Source: the human T2T-CHM13v2.0 reference genome, Homo sapiens
Assembly: GCF_009914755.1 (NCBI RefSeq)
Contig: NC_060927.1
DNA: 64,000 nucleotides
Direction: 5' to 3' (one strand)
Within the stretch, counting starts at the first letter, position 1. Each line of letters opens with the position of its first letter. The notes beneath the pieces were generated by a model that was not told the origin of the DNA, made no database searches, and was given only the letters and a program-made list of their open reading frames with translations. This document shows, one piece after another, positions 39,300-51,640 of this stretch. Made by a program: the position numbers and the translations under genes.

Positions 39300-40270
39300 T
39301 CCTGTCCAACCTAGGCCGGGTGAGAAGGGCTCTTAGGACAACACTCAGAGAGATGCAGGATGCTGCAGAAAGGGAGCTTGACCATCCTCCCCAGCCAGAT
39401 GCTTGCCGAGCTGCAGAAATCCCTGTCCTGTCCTAGGGCTGCCCCAGTAAAGAATGTGGGGACACTCTTCTTGGGAGACTTGGACAAGAGTTGCCTGTAC
39501 TTTAGGGGAGAGAAGGCATAGTCTCCTGGATCTCAGCTGGAGAATTCTGAGGGTGGGAGGCTGAGCAGAGTAGCCCATGAGGAAAGAGAGCCATAGAATT
39601 TGGAGGAGCAAGGGTGTACCTCCCATAAGCCAAGGAGCCCCAGCAGGAAGGGACTGTGTTGTGGGCAGGAGCTGGGGACAGGAGCCACAAGAGGCCAGGC
39701 AGGGAGTGCCTCACCAGGAGGCCAGGGATCTGGGTGGTAAGGCACCCTCCTGAGAGGCTTCTGAAAAACCCACACATGTAACTGCAAGACAGCAAGCACA
39801 TTCCTCCCTGGCACTAAAAACCATCCGTAGCCAGCCCCTGTGAGCAAAGAAGGAACCATAACAGCGGAGCCCATTAAGTACAGGGGCTTTGACCCCTTTC
39901 TTCAAGTTCTCCCTCCTCTTGCCCACCCCCCAAAAATCCTAATGACGAAGAGAGAATGAAAGAAGTCCTGAGTCACACACAGGCCAGGCTGAGCTGGGGA
40001 GAGGGAGAAGCTTTAGAGGGGAGAGAGGGAGGCTGAAGTTGCAATTTGACCCCAAGGACCATTTGCTGCCTGAACATGATTCCCAGCTGTCAAAATGACC
40101 ATCATTGTAGCTGACAGGACCACGTTACAAGATCTGCCTGAACTGTTGTCAAGGGGTAGGAAAAGGAAAAACAACAGAGCATGTTTGAAGCCTGTGATTG
40201 GAGAAAAATTCTTGTTTTGTGCTGTCAGTTGTAGGTAAGTATGTGTATCATCAAGAAGATATAATCTCTT
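39300..40270 (+). mobile_element. Gypsy-like ancient LTR (MamGypLTR2/3-like)
   Basis: 3' part 'gatctgcctgaactgttgtcaaggggtaggaaaagg...cagagcatgtttgaagcctgtgattggagaaaaat'. The 5' boundary is uncertain. Confidence 0.45.
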
Positions 40271-40420
40271 CATAGGAAAGGGTTATGTAGCCTATGTCCC
40301 TGGCATCAACCTGTCCAGCACTGGGAGCCCATGCAACACCTAATAGATCTGTACTGATCCATGAATTGTGGTCTGATTCAGCAAAACTCACAACCCAGAC
40401 AGCCCCCTCCATTTGGAAAC

Positions 40421-40779
40421 TGTATTAGTCTGTTTTCACACTGCTGACAAAGACATATCCAAGACTCGGGGGCGGGGAAAAAGAGGTTTAATTGGACTTA
40501 CAGTTTCACATGGCTGGGGAGGCCTCAGAATCATGGCAGGAGGTAAAAGGCACTTCTTACATGGCAACAGCAAGAGAAAATGAGGAAGAAGCAAAAGCAA
40601 AAACCCCTGATAACCTCATCAGATCTCATGAGACTTATGCACTATCATGAGAATAGCACGGGAAAGATCAGTCCCCGTGATTCAATTACCTCCCCTTGGG
40701 CCCCTCCCACAACACGTGGGAATTCTGGGAGATACAATTCAAGTTGAGATTTGGGTGGGGGCACAGCAAAACTTTATCA
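40421..40779 (-). mobile_element. THE1C-like solo LTR
   Basis: tgtattagtc...tatca termini; 'gaggaagaagcaaaagc' segment. 5-bp TSD gaaac at 40416-40420 and 40780-40784. Confidence 0.93.
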
Positions 40780-40904
40780 GAAACTGACCTCATTTAAAAA
40801 ATAGAAGCCTCAAACACAAAGCAGGTGTTTTAGGCAAATGTTCACCAACCTGCCTGAAATTCAGAATCCTTTATAAAAATGCTTAGACCAAACTTTAGCC
40901 TCTC

Positions 40905-42568
40905 ACTATGAAATGACCATTTTTATCTCTAATAATGCTCCTTGCATGATTTTAATACAGCCTATCAGTTATAAACTGGTATAACACCAATTTTCTTAGG
41001 CTTAGTATTTGCATGGTATATATTTTTCTTCCTATTCTTTCAATCTGTTGTGTCTCTGTATATCTTTTAAACAGCATAGGGATGGGTCTTGCTTTTTTAT
41101 ACAATCTGTCAATTGCTGCCTTTTAAACAACATGTTTAGTTTGTTTATATTTAATGTAATTCTTATTTTCTACTTATTTTTTCTGTTCTTTCTTCCTGTA
41201 TTACTGACTTTACTGGGGTTAATTAAGCTTTTTTTAGTTTAACATTCTGTCTTCTCTATTGGCTTGTTAGCTATAACTGCTTTTATTATGTCTTCTGTTT
41301 GCCTACTACATTAAAATATGCATTTTTGTCATAGTCTGCCTGGAATAGATATTATACCACTTCATTATAATGAAGAAACTTACAAAGTATAATTCTGTTT
41401 ATACTATCTCCTTCCCTTTGTATTATTGTTGTATATTTTACTTCTACATATATTTTAAATGCCACAATCCACTGTTAGCATTTTTGCTTTCAACAGTCCA
41501 TTGAATTTAAGGAACATAGAAAATAAAGAAAAATAGTATTCTCTATTTACTATTTCCATTGATCTTCTTTCCTCCCTGTAGAACTAGATTTCAATCTGGT
41601 ATCATTTCCCTTCCACCTAAGAAACTTTTTTAGCACATCTTGAGTTCAGATCTGCTAGCAACGAATTCTCTCAGCTTTTATCTATCTGAAAATGTTTTAT
41701 TGTACCTTTTTTTCTATTAATGTTTTCTCATTAAAGCTCTCAAACATGCAGGAAAGTTGAAATAATATTACCCTGCGTATTTACTACCTAGAATTCAATG
41801 ATTGGCATTTGATTATAATTGTTTTATTACATATCTATCATCTATCCATCTCTCTACCCATCAATTCATCTTATTTTTACATAAGTTTCAGATATAAGTA
41901 CATTTTACCATAAATGCTTTAGCATGTGTATCATAACTATGGTTAGTATTTACATTTTTTTAATTTTGAGGTGAAATTTACATACAACAAAATGCACAAA
42001 TCTTAAGTGTATCAATTGATCTGGCATATGTGTACACATGAGCAACCCAAACCTCTTTCAAAATACAGAACATTACTTCACTCCAAAAAATTCCCTCATG
42101 TCACTTCCCAGAAAAATCTCTGCCTTGCTCCTCAAGGCAACAACTGTTCTTTTTTTCCTCCATAGATTATTTTTAGTACTTTAGTAATTCATATAAATGA
42201 AATTACATAGTATGTGGTCTTTTTTGAGGTTTACAATGGATAAATCTGAGGATTCATTTATATCATTGTATCAGTGGTTCACTCACATTTCTGAATAGTA
42301 TTTAACTGTTTCTCTATGTGTTTGCTGTTTGTCTCCTCTGTTTATTGTTCCTCTGCTCCGCCTTTCCTGCTTTTGTTTTGGATTAATTAAATAATTTTTA
42401 GAATTCTTCTCTAGCTTTTTGACTATGTCTGTTTGCATTGTAGTTTTTATGATTGCTATAGGAAGTATAATATACATCCTTAATTTTTCACAGTCTATTT
42501 AGAGATAATATTGTACCATTTTATGTTAAATATAGAAATCTTGCAATAATATAGATGCATTTCTCTAC
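40905..42568 (-). mobile_element. Nested old L1M fragments (ORF1/inter-ORF pieces and L1MC/ME-like 3' ends)
   Basis: T-rich L1 reverse strand: 'ttgcatggtatatattttt', 'tctgctagcaacgaattctctcagcttt', 'tttgaggtgaaatttacatacaacaaaatgcacaaatcttaagtgt'. Confidence 0.75.
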
Positions 42569-43147
42569 TGTGGTAGGCAGAATTTTAAAGATGGCTCTAA
42601 GACCCCTATCCCCTAGTTATTCAGTCAAATACTAATCTAGGGACTGCTGGGAAGGGATTTTACAGATATAATTAAAGAGCAAAGCCAGTTCATATTAAGA
42701 TACAGAGATTACCCAGGTGGGCTTGAACCATAAGGTAAGTCTTTTAAAAGCAGAGAATGTTCTCTGGCTGGCAGCAAAAGAGAAAGTCAGAGATTTGAAG
42801 TACAAGAGGAATCTGAAGTTCCAGTGCTGGTTTAAGATGGAGGGGGCCATATGCCAAGAAACTTGGGAAGCTTTTAGAAATTGAGAGCAGCCCTTGGCTG
42901 ACAGCCAACAAATAAACAGGCTACAACAATAAGGAATTGAATTTCACAAACAAACTGAATGAGCTTGGAAGTAGATTCTTCTCTAAAGCCTCCAAATAAA
43001 AGCTACACCTAGCCAACACCTTGATTTTGGCCTTCAGCTGAACCATGTTGAACTTCCAACCTACTAAACTGTGAGCGAATAGATTTATGATGTTTTAAGC
43101 CACCACATTTGTAGTAATTTGTTAAGCGGAAATAGAAAATTAACACA
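42569..43147 (+). mobile_element. ERVL-MaLR LTR (MLT1E-like) inserted in L1
   Basis: Starts 'tgtggtaggcagaattttaaagatggc'. Internal 'ctgaatgagcttggaag'. Ends 'gtaatttgtt...aatagaaaattaacaca'. Confidence 0.88.
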
Positions 43148-44400
43148 CCCATCCCCCATTCTTTATCTTATGACTTTTACACATTATTTACACTGACATA
43201 TGTTTAAAATCCCACAAGACAATGTTATAATTTTGACTTTAAACTGTCATAATTTTTTAATTAAGAGGAAAGTAGTCTTTTATATTTTATTTGCCCACAT
43301 ATTTACCATTCTGATGTTCTTCATTCCTTTCTGCACATCTGAGTTTCTATCTGGTATCATTTCCTTTCAGCCTAAATAAATACCTTTAGTCTGAGTTTCT
43401 ATCTGGTATTATTTCCTTTCAGCCTAAATAAATACCTTTAGCATTTTGTGTAGTGCAAGCCTGCTATCAATTAATTTTCGTGTGTATGTGTGTTTATAAT
43501 CTGAAAGTGCCTTAATTTTGCCTTTATTCTTAAAGGATATTTTTGAATGACATGGTATTCTGTGTTGACAGTTTGTTTGTTTTCCCAATGCTTTAAAACT
43601 TGTTCTATTGTCTTCTGAGTCCCATTTTTTTCCTGAGGGTAAGTCAATGGTCACTTGGAACACGTTATCCTGTATGTACTGCACCATCTTTCTCCTGATG
43701 TTTCCAAGATGTTTTTATCTTTGGTTTTCAGCAGTTTGACAATGATGTGTCTGGGTGTGATTTTATTTGAATTTATCTTGCTTAGAGTTTACTTAGCTTC
43801 CTAGATTTTGGGGTTGTTGTTTCTTAACAACTTTTGACATTTCCAGCCAAAATTCATCAAAATGTTTCTGTCTCATTCTCTCTCCTTTCCTCCTAGAACT
43901 GTAATTACCTGTATTTTAGACCACTTGTTGCTATACCACAGGTCACTAAGTCTCTGTTTATTTCTTTCTACCCTTTTTCACTTTGTTCTTCTGTTTGGAT
44001 GGCTTTTACTGCATGTCTTCATCTTCGCTGTTCCTTTTTTCAGTTGTATGTATAATCTGCTGTTCCACACAGTGAAATGTTTTTAAGGTGTATATATATT
44101 TTTTTTAATTTTAGGATTTCCAATTGGTTCTCTTTTATAGTTTTTACACCTTCTCTAAAATTTCCACATCTCTTTACTCACTATATTCATCTTTTCATGT
44201 AGCTTTTTTAATGTATTTACTACAGTTATTTCGAAGTTCCTGTCTGCTAATCTCAACCTCAGTGCTACTTAGTGATTTTTCTCTTGTCTATGGTTCCCAT
44301 TCTCCTGTTTCTTTACATGTGTTATAATTTTTATATATGCCAGGTATTGTTTATAAAATAATAGTAGAGGCTAAAGTATATAAATTGTGTGCTTTAGTTA
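43148..44400 (-). mobile_element. Old L1M ORF1 region
   Basis: 'ttaaaggatatttttg', 'ggttttcagcagtttgacaatgatgtgtctgggtgtg', 'ccacaggtcactaagtctctgtttattt' are reverse-strand L1 ORF1 motifs. Confidence 0.75.
43338..43441. repeat. 52-bp tandem duplication (2 copies, 1 mismatch)
   Basis: tctgagtttctatctggtat(c/t)atttcctttcagcctaaataaatacctttag at 43338-43389 and 43390-43441. Confidence 0.97.
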
Positions 44401-45709
44401 GGCAGCTGGGGTAAAGATGTTTGGTTGCAGCTTTGATTAGCTTCCATTAAATTAGCTTCCATTAATTAGATTCCAGTAAATATGTCTTCAGATACTTAAA
44501 TAAGTTGAGACCTCTCCCTAAAGCACCACATGACTGCTAGACCTTAAGATTTTGAGACCACAGGCTGCTAGACCTCAAAACTGAAATCACAAAACTATTG
44601 AGAGCGCATTGCATGATATTATGGAACCTCAGAACTGCAGGGCCAGGAAACTGCGAGACCACAAGAATGAGAGACCATGAGACTTCAAGATCCCAAGATT
44701 TTGAAACTGTAAGACTGCAGGATCACAAACTTGCTTTCTGCTTCCCAGCTCTGTCTCAAAGCTCTGTTTATTACACAGGATTTCTATGTAAGAGAATTAC
44801 TGGGCAGAGTAGATTATCTTTGCATTGAAGTCTCCTCCACATTCAAATCCAAAGGCCAGCCACAGATTTGTAAAAAAAATAAAAATAAAAATAAATTGGC
44901 TGTTTCTTCTTATCCCAGCCAAGACTCTGGCAGGCTTGCTCTTTTGCCCACAATGTCCCTAACCTCGGTACAACCAGCCCCTGATATGAAAGTGTCCACC
45001 CCCAGTTTACCTAAAAAGGACTGATATCTCTGGAGTCTATTTCTTTTCTATTTCTTTGCACCTACAGCTCTTTGATGGCTGTACAGACATGTTTGAGTCT
45101 ATGGTTTGTTTATCCAGTGATTTCTTGTTAGCACTGAAGGTCATTTTTATCCTTCATTATTTGAATCAGAAGCAAACATTTTGTGTACATCCTTGCTCGT
45201 CTTCCGTTTCCACTGCCATTACCATGAAAAGCTTTCTGGGATTGGTCCTAGGACAGTGTTCTCAGATAGTGCTGATTAGGTGTGGACTATAACCCTGGAA
45301 ACTGCAAGGATAAAGTCATGACAAGGAAGTTCATACCCTGAGAAGTTTGGCTACCCTCAATGATGCCAACTCCACAACCCATCACTCACCCTCAGAGATT
45401 CTCAGGGATCTGCTATACAGGAATTTTACTTATTTTAAGATTAGTTATATTATTAGCCTAAAAAACTGGTTCCTTAAATTTCTTCTACCCCACGAAGAGC
45501 TTCTCTTTAAGTTCTAAATTTATCTCCTTCAGACTTTGAGGAGAACCCTCTAATCCTAATATATTGCCTAATACATTAGGATTCAATTTCAGATTCTCAA
45601 TGCATTATAGGGAAAGGGTCAATGGATGTGCAAGGCATGTATTTCAATGCCCCACTTCATTCCCTCCCAACATTGATTGTCCCCAAGCCTGTCAAGAGCC
45701 ACTTCAAAA

Positions 45710-46095
45710 GAAACTGCTTGGATTTCAAACCTAGCTCTGCCACTCACTAGCTGTGTGAACTCAGCTAGTTCGTTAGCCTGCCTGTATATCAGCTTTCCCA
45801 TCTTCAAAATGAGGATCAATTTTCGTAATGATACTACCCCTTAGTGTCATTCTGAAAATTGAGCTGTCATTTGTAGAATGTGTTATGTGTCAGGGCTGTG
45901 CAAGTCATTTTTCATCCATTTTCTCATTTAAACTTATAGCAACCCTTTGAGGACATATTATTATAATCCATGTTTAGCTGATGAGAAGAGTGAGGTGTAG
46001 ATGGGAAGTAACTTGACCAATGTAGCACAGCTAATAAGTGAAAGAGTTGGGATTCAAACCCAAGTCTGACTAAAGCCTGAGCTCTTAAGCACTCT
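45710..46095. mobile_element. Two MIRs in opposite orientation (+ then -)
   Basis: Plus: 'tcaaacctagctctgccactcactagctgtgtgaac...catcttcaaaatgagga'. Minus: 'ctcatttaaactt...gctgatgagaagagtgagg...gggattcaaacccaagtctgact'. Confidence 0.75.
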
Positions 46096-46099
46096 GCAA

Positions 46100-46648
<549 letters not shown>

Positions 46649-47274
46649 TAATGAGTACTACCTGGCAGCTCATGGAAAACCAGTCCAGTACATGTATAAC
46701 TAACTCTATAAAATGTTTTAATTCCATGCATAGGGCTAAGCATGTGGCATTCTGGGAGCACAGAGGAGGGACACTGTGCTATCCTCATGGCATGGGTTTT
46801 CCTCTCAACTTGGAAACTGATGGGACTGACAGGCTGTGTCTACTTTTATTGCTCTTAAGAAGAACTCATGAAGAATCTGTGAGTTCATTCCTAGGAAGCA
46901 AACAATGCAAATGCAACATAGGAAAGGAATTTTTAATGTTGGCAAAACTCATGCAAGCAGTCCCGTCTTTATCTGGAAAGTATGTTTGCTTGTGTTTTAG
47001 TATTTTTATCACATAATAAGAGGAGGAAAAAGATTTTCCCTGCCCAGTGTTTCAAATGAGGTAAGACAGCTATTATTATATTCCATAACTAGAGCTCCTC
47101 AAATAAGGTAAGAGCATTTCAGTTAAATATTACCAGTGACCCAAAATTTCTGCCCCAGGAAAGCAAAACAGAGAGGGCCAACCACTCCCTGCATTGAGAT
47201 GGTTACCCAGGAGTGCTAACAGAGATTTAAAGCGGAGAGCAGGCATCCACCCTGCTGCCCACCCCGAAGACCAA

Positions 47275-47850
47275 TAACAATAACAGAAAACCCTTACATA
47301 GCACTTACTACAAGCCAGCTACTGTACTAAGTACTCCACGTATGTTAACTCATTGTTCTTTCAACAACACCATGAGGTTGGTGCTATGGTCTGAATGTTT
47401 GTGTCCTCTGAAGTTTATGTGTTGGAATCCTAACTCCCATAATAATGGTTAGGAGATAGAGACCTTGGGAGGTGATTAGATCATGAGAGCAGAGCCCTCA
47501 TGAGTGGGATCTGTGCCATTATAAAGGAGGCTTTAGAGAGCTGCCTTGCTCCTTCCACCATGTGAGGTACAGGGAGAAGGTGGGCCTTCACCAGACACAA
47601 CATCTGTCCTAATCTTGGACTTAGCCTCCAGAACTGTAAGAATTAAATTTCTGTTGTTTAAGCTATCCAGTCAATGCTATTTTGTTATAGCAGCCCAAAA
47701 GGACTAAGACAGTAGGTATAGCTGTAAGAACCTCTATTTTGCAGATAAAGAAATGCAGACACAGAGAGTGACTTCCTGGTGTTACATACTACTAAGTGAC
47801 AAAGCTAGAAGTTGAGCCCTGGCTGTCTGGGTTTGAGTCTCTACTCGAGT
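47275..47850 (-). mobile_element. MIR split by an MLT1A insertion
   Basis: Left part 'ttacatagcacttacta...ttaactcatt...caacaacaccatgagg'. Right part 'ctattttgcagataaagaaatgcagacacagagag'. Confidence 0.75.
47382..47711 (+). mobile_element. ERVL-MaLR solo LTR (MLT1A0-like)
   Basis: Starts 'tgctatggtctgaatgtttgtgtcc'; ends 'ttgttatagcagccc...gactaagaca'. Near-TSD gttgg/gtagg. Confidence 0.9.
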
Positions 47851-48429
47851 CCTGGACCAATTGGGCAAGTGACCATCTGGCAATATTAATGAGAGCCAGC
47901 TCTGATTTGACACTGCAGGTTTTAGGTGTCTGTCCCTCAGGTTCCTAAGACCTGTGTCTCATAGCAATTAAAACGGTCAGAATAGGTGGTGTGGCCAGAG
48001 AGAGAAGGTCCAAAGACCCCACTGAGAGGTGAATGATGCAAATATGAAGGTGGAACATTTGCTGTTTAATAAGAGTGAGATCAGGAAGCTAAAGGGATGA
48101 AAGGAATAGAGGGATTTAAAGTATGATCCAGAAAGTCTGAAAAGATTTGGAGTTGGGTGGGAGGGGGAATGAGGTCTTACCAGGCCTACTGAAATCACTG
48201 CACATGGGCAGCCATCTTCTCGGCCCACAGGCAGCTGACAGCTGTGTTCATCACGGCTGCTTATATGGGATTCTTTGAGTTCCATTTAAGTGAATTCCAT
48301 TCACATTTACTGAACATATGCTATCTATTAGAGACTGTATTATGTGTTATAAATACCAAAATGAGTAAGGTCTGGGACATAGCCCTCATAGAGCTCAGAA
48401 TCCAGTGGGGAAAGCAGAAATGCCAATCA

Positions 48430-48830
48430 ATGGCACTTGTTTGTAGTAGCAAAATATTGGAAATAAATGAAATCTCCAAGAACAGGGGATTGGTAAAGTA
48501 TGGTATTTCCATTGAGCACTAGGCAGCTGTAGAAAAGAATAAGGATGTTTATTTGTATTAGTATAGAAGGGGATCAATGATATATTAAGTAAAAAAAAGC
48601 AAGGTATGTTGCCTTCCACATAAAAATGGGGGGAAATTCCAAATTCCAGTATATATTAGCACAAAAACAGTCTGAGAAGACACTAAAAACACAAACAACA
48701 GTGGTTCCTGGGGTTGGAAAACTGGGAAGGGGCTAAAGGTGGGAAAGGAGAAGTTTGACTTGTTTATTTATTTTATTTATCTTATTTTATTTTGGAATGG
48801 AATCTTAGAACTATTCAAAACATTAAATTA
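48430..48830 (+). mobile_element. Old L1ME-like 3' fragment
   Basis: 'ggcacttgtttgtagtagcaaaatattggaaa...ggattggtaaagtatggtat...gatatattaagtaaaaaaaagcaag'. Confidence 0.55.
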
Positions 48831-50369
48831 AAAAATAGATGTAACTGCAGCCAATAAAAATAGTCTTAGCATTGCCTCCCCATATAAATAATACCCTGTT
48901 CTTTCTCCTTTTTCCTATCACGCCCCAGTGCTGAGTTCCTGCACCATCCCTGCACTCCTCTTCATTAACCTCCTGCCCCCATCAACAGCATAAGTGGATT
49001 ATTTCAAAGCAAACCCTAAGCCTACTGAACTCTCAAAGGCAATGGAGGACTCTGAAGGCCAAGCTCAGCTAAATGTTTTTGCTTCTTGCCTCTTTCCTTT
49101 TTAATTACAGTGTAATTTGCATTTATGTGATTTCCTTCTGCCATTGGGTTGTGGACAGCATTGATGATGATCGACATTCCATAACTTCCCATCATAGCTG
49201 GAGAGCAGAAGGATGGCCGCCGTCTCAGATAAAATTCTATCCAATTAAACAGTTCAATGAACACATCATGGTTTGAGGTTCTCATTATCCTCTGTGTGCA
49301 TGTCTCATGGATATTTCTTTACACCCATCATCGTAATAAGGTCTTAGTGCAGAAGATGCTCCATGAATTATGCTCCCCCACTGAGCGTTATAATGACATT
49401 GACTTGAAAATGGGTCTCCTTAGACTTGCATGAGAAGCTGAGCTTTTTCATTTAATTGAATTGTTCTGGACTTTATTTTTCCAGGTCTTTTGTCTAAATG
49501 GTATCAGATGCTCCACATGATGAAACATGTCACAGACATTGACAAAATAATGTTGGCTCACTAACAGGGTACATCTACTGAGGGCAAATGTGTAAAAAGT
49601 TTTCTCCAATCAATACCCCAGCACATGCTCCCTGCTCTGGATGGTGTGGCTCACCTGGCAACTGTGGTTCACTTGGCCAGCTCCCCTGGTTGAAAATACA
49701 AGGTCAACAATTAAAAGTACATGTAGTCTGTGTAAGTGTTCACCCATCTGAGGTGATTTTAGAGACCATGGCTACCCCAAACCCATGCCCTACTCTGCTG
49801 CCAGGTACCTATCCAAAACATTGATCTGAATGTGTCACTTGCTAATTCAAACATCTCCATTTAAACCTCTGAGGAATGCAGGGTGGTTACTTGAAAATAT
49901 CAAAGGTTTTGAGCAAGATGGGTCTGGGTTGGAACTCTGGCTGTACCACTTACAGGGTGTAAGAAAAGTTACTTCATCAGAGTTTCACTGTCCACATTTG
50001 TAAAATGGAAGCAATAATGTTGACCTGGTTACTTTGTCATGAAAATTAACTGGAGTAATTTCATTAATTATTGATCAATCTCAACAAATGACCATTCTAA
50101 TCCTTCCCTTTTCCTTAGCAGAGCATTCAAGGCCCCTCTGGACTTTTCCAGCCTCATCTCCCAGCATCTCTCCAACCATACCCAAAATTACTTGGCACTC
50201 CACTAAAAACATTTGCTTTCAGTTCTCTTGATTTTGTTCAAATAGTTTCTTCTCGAAATGTTCTTCCTCTTTTTCCCTCTGAGAAATATTGTAACATCCA
50301 TAAACCACGCTCAGAAAAAAACCCTCACACAGCACAGTCCTTCTCCCCACACACTCCACACCTGGCTCT

Positions 50370-51640
50370 GTGGCCTATCTGCAGCATTGACACAGCTGAT
50401 CACTCTGCTGTCCCTCCTACTTCAACGTGCCTTCACTTGGCTTTCTGGACACCAGGTGGCCTTGGTGTCCTCCTATCTCACAAACTGTTTTGCTGATTCC
50501 TCATCTCCCTGACCTCTTAGCTCTGGCCCACCCCATGGTTCAGTTCTTGGACCATTTCACTTCTCTAACTGGACTGAATCCCTTAATGATCTCATCTGCT
50601 CTCATGGCTTTTCATGTCATCTACATGCAGATGATGACTCACAAAATTATGTCAACCTTGACCTCATGCCTAAACTCCAGACTCACATGTCTAACTGCCT
50701 GCTCAGCATCTCTACTTGGAAACCTACTAGGAATCTCAAAATTTAACAGGTTCAAAATCAGCTCCTAATCTTGCCCCCAAAACCCTGCTTCTACCAAAGT
50801 ATTCCCATCACAATTAGTGGTAACTCCATGTCTCCAATTGCTCAGGCCAAACATCTCGAGTCACTCTGAATTCCTCTTTCACATCCCGTATCTAGTTCAT
50901 CATCAAGCCCTCCACTTCTACCTTCAAATCCAACCCTCCTCACCACCTCCAGTGCTATCACCTACATGGAGCTACCATCATCCCCTCTCCCCCTGGATTA
51001 TCACAAGGACCTCCTCTCTGGTCTAGCCACTTCTTCCGCTGCCCCTCACATACCCTGTCAGCCAGAGAAATTCTAGTAAACATAAGTCAAATCATATCCT
51101 TCCTCTGTTGAAAACACTCCACGGGCTTCTCATCATCCCCAGGGTTAAAGCCAAAGTCATTTCAGCAGGTTACTTCTGCTTTGACCTAATCTCCTGCCAG
51201 TCTCCTGCACCCTCTCACACCAGGCACACTGGTCTGCTCAACACTTCTCTCACAGCTCAGGCACACTCCCATCTCAGGGCCTTTGCACCTGCTATTCCCT
51301 GTTCTTTGAGATGTGCACATGGCTTTTCACTACCTTAGGTATCCACTCAAATGTCCCCTTCTTAGTAAGACCTTCTGTAATGACCCTTTTTAAAAATGCA
51401 ATTCTTTCAGACACCAAGAGCCTCTGCCTCTCCTGTACCTTATTTTCTCTCTAACACTCACATATAAAATATTATATATTTAACTTGTTTTGCTCATGTT
51501 TGTCTCCCCCCATTCTCACGAGCATGTCAGCAAGAGAAGACAAAGATTTTGTCAGCTTCATTCCTACCATACGTAATAGTGCTTAGAACAGTGTCAGGCA
51601 CAGAGTAGGGCCTCATTACATATTTTTAGATAAATGAATC
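50370..51640 (+). mobile_element. L2a LINE, 3' about 1.3 kb including RT remnant
   Basis: Degenerate RT motifs: 'ctatctgcagcattgacacagctgatcac' (DLSAAFDTVDH), 'cccatggttcagttcttggacca' (PQGSVLGP), 'catgcagatgatgactcacaa' (YADDSQ). L2 3' end 'cttagaacagtgtcaggcacagagtagg...taaatgaat'. Confidence 0.88.

Noticed and set aside
43338-43441. Direct repeats as a CRISPR-like array
   Set aside because: Only two adjacent copies, no spacers, eukaryotic L1 context, no cas genes.
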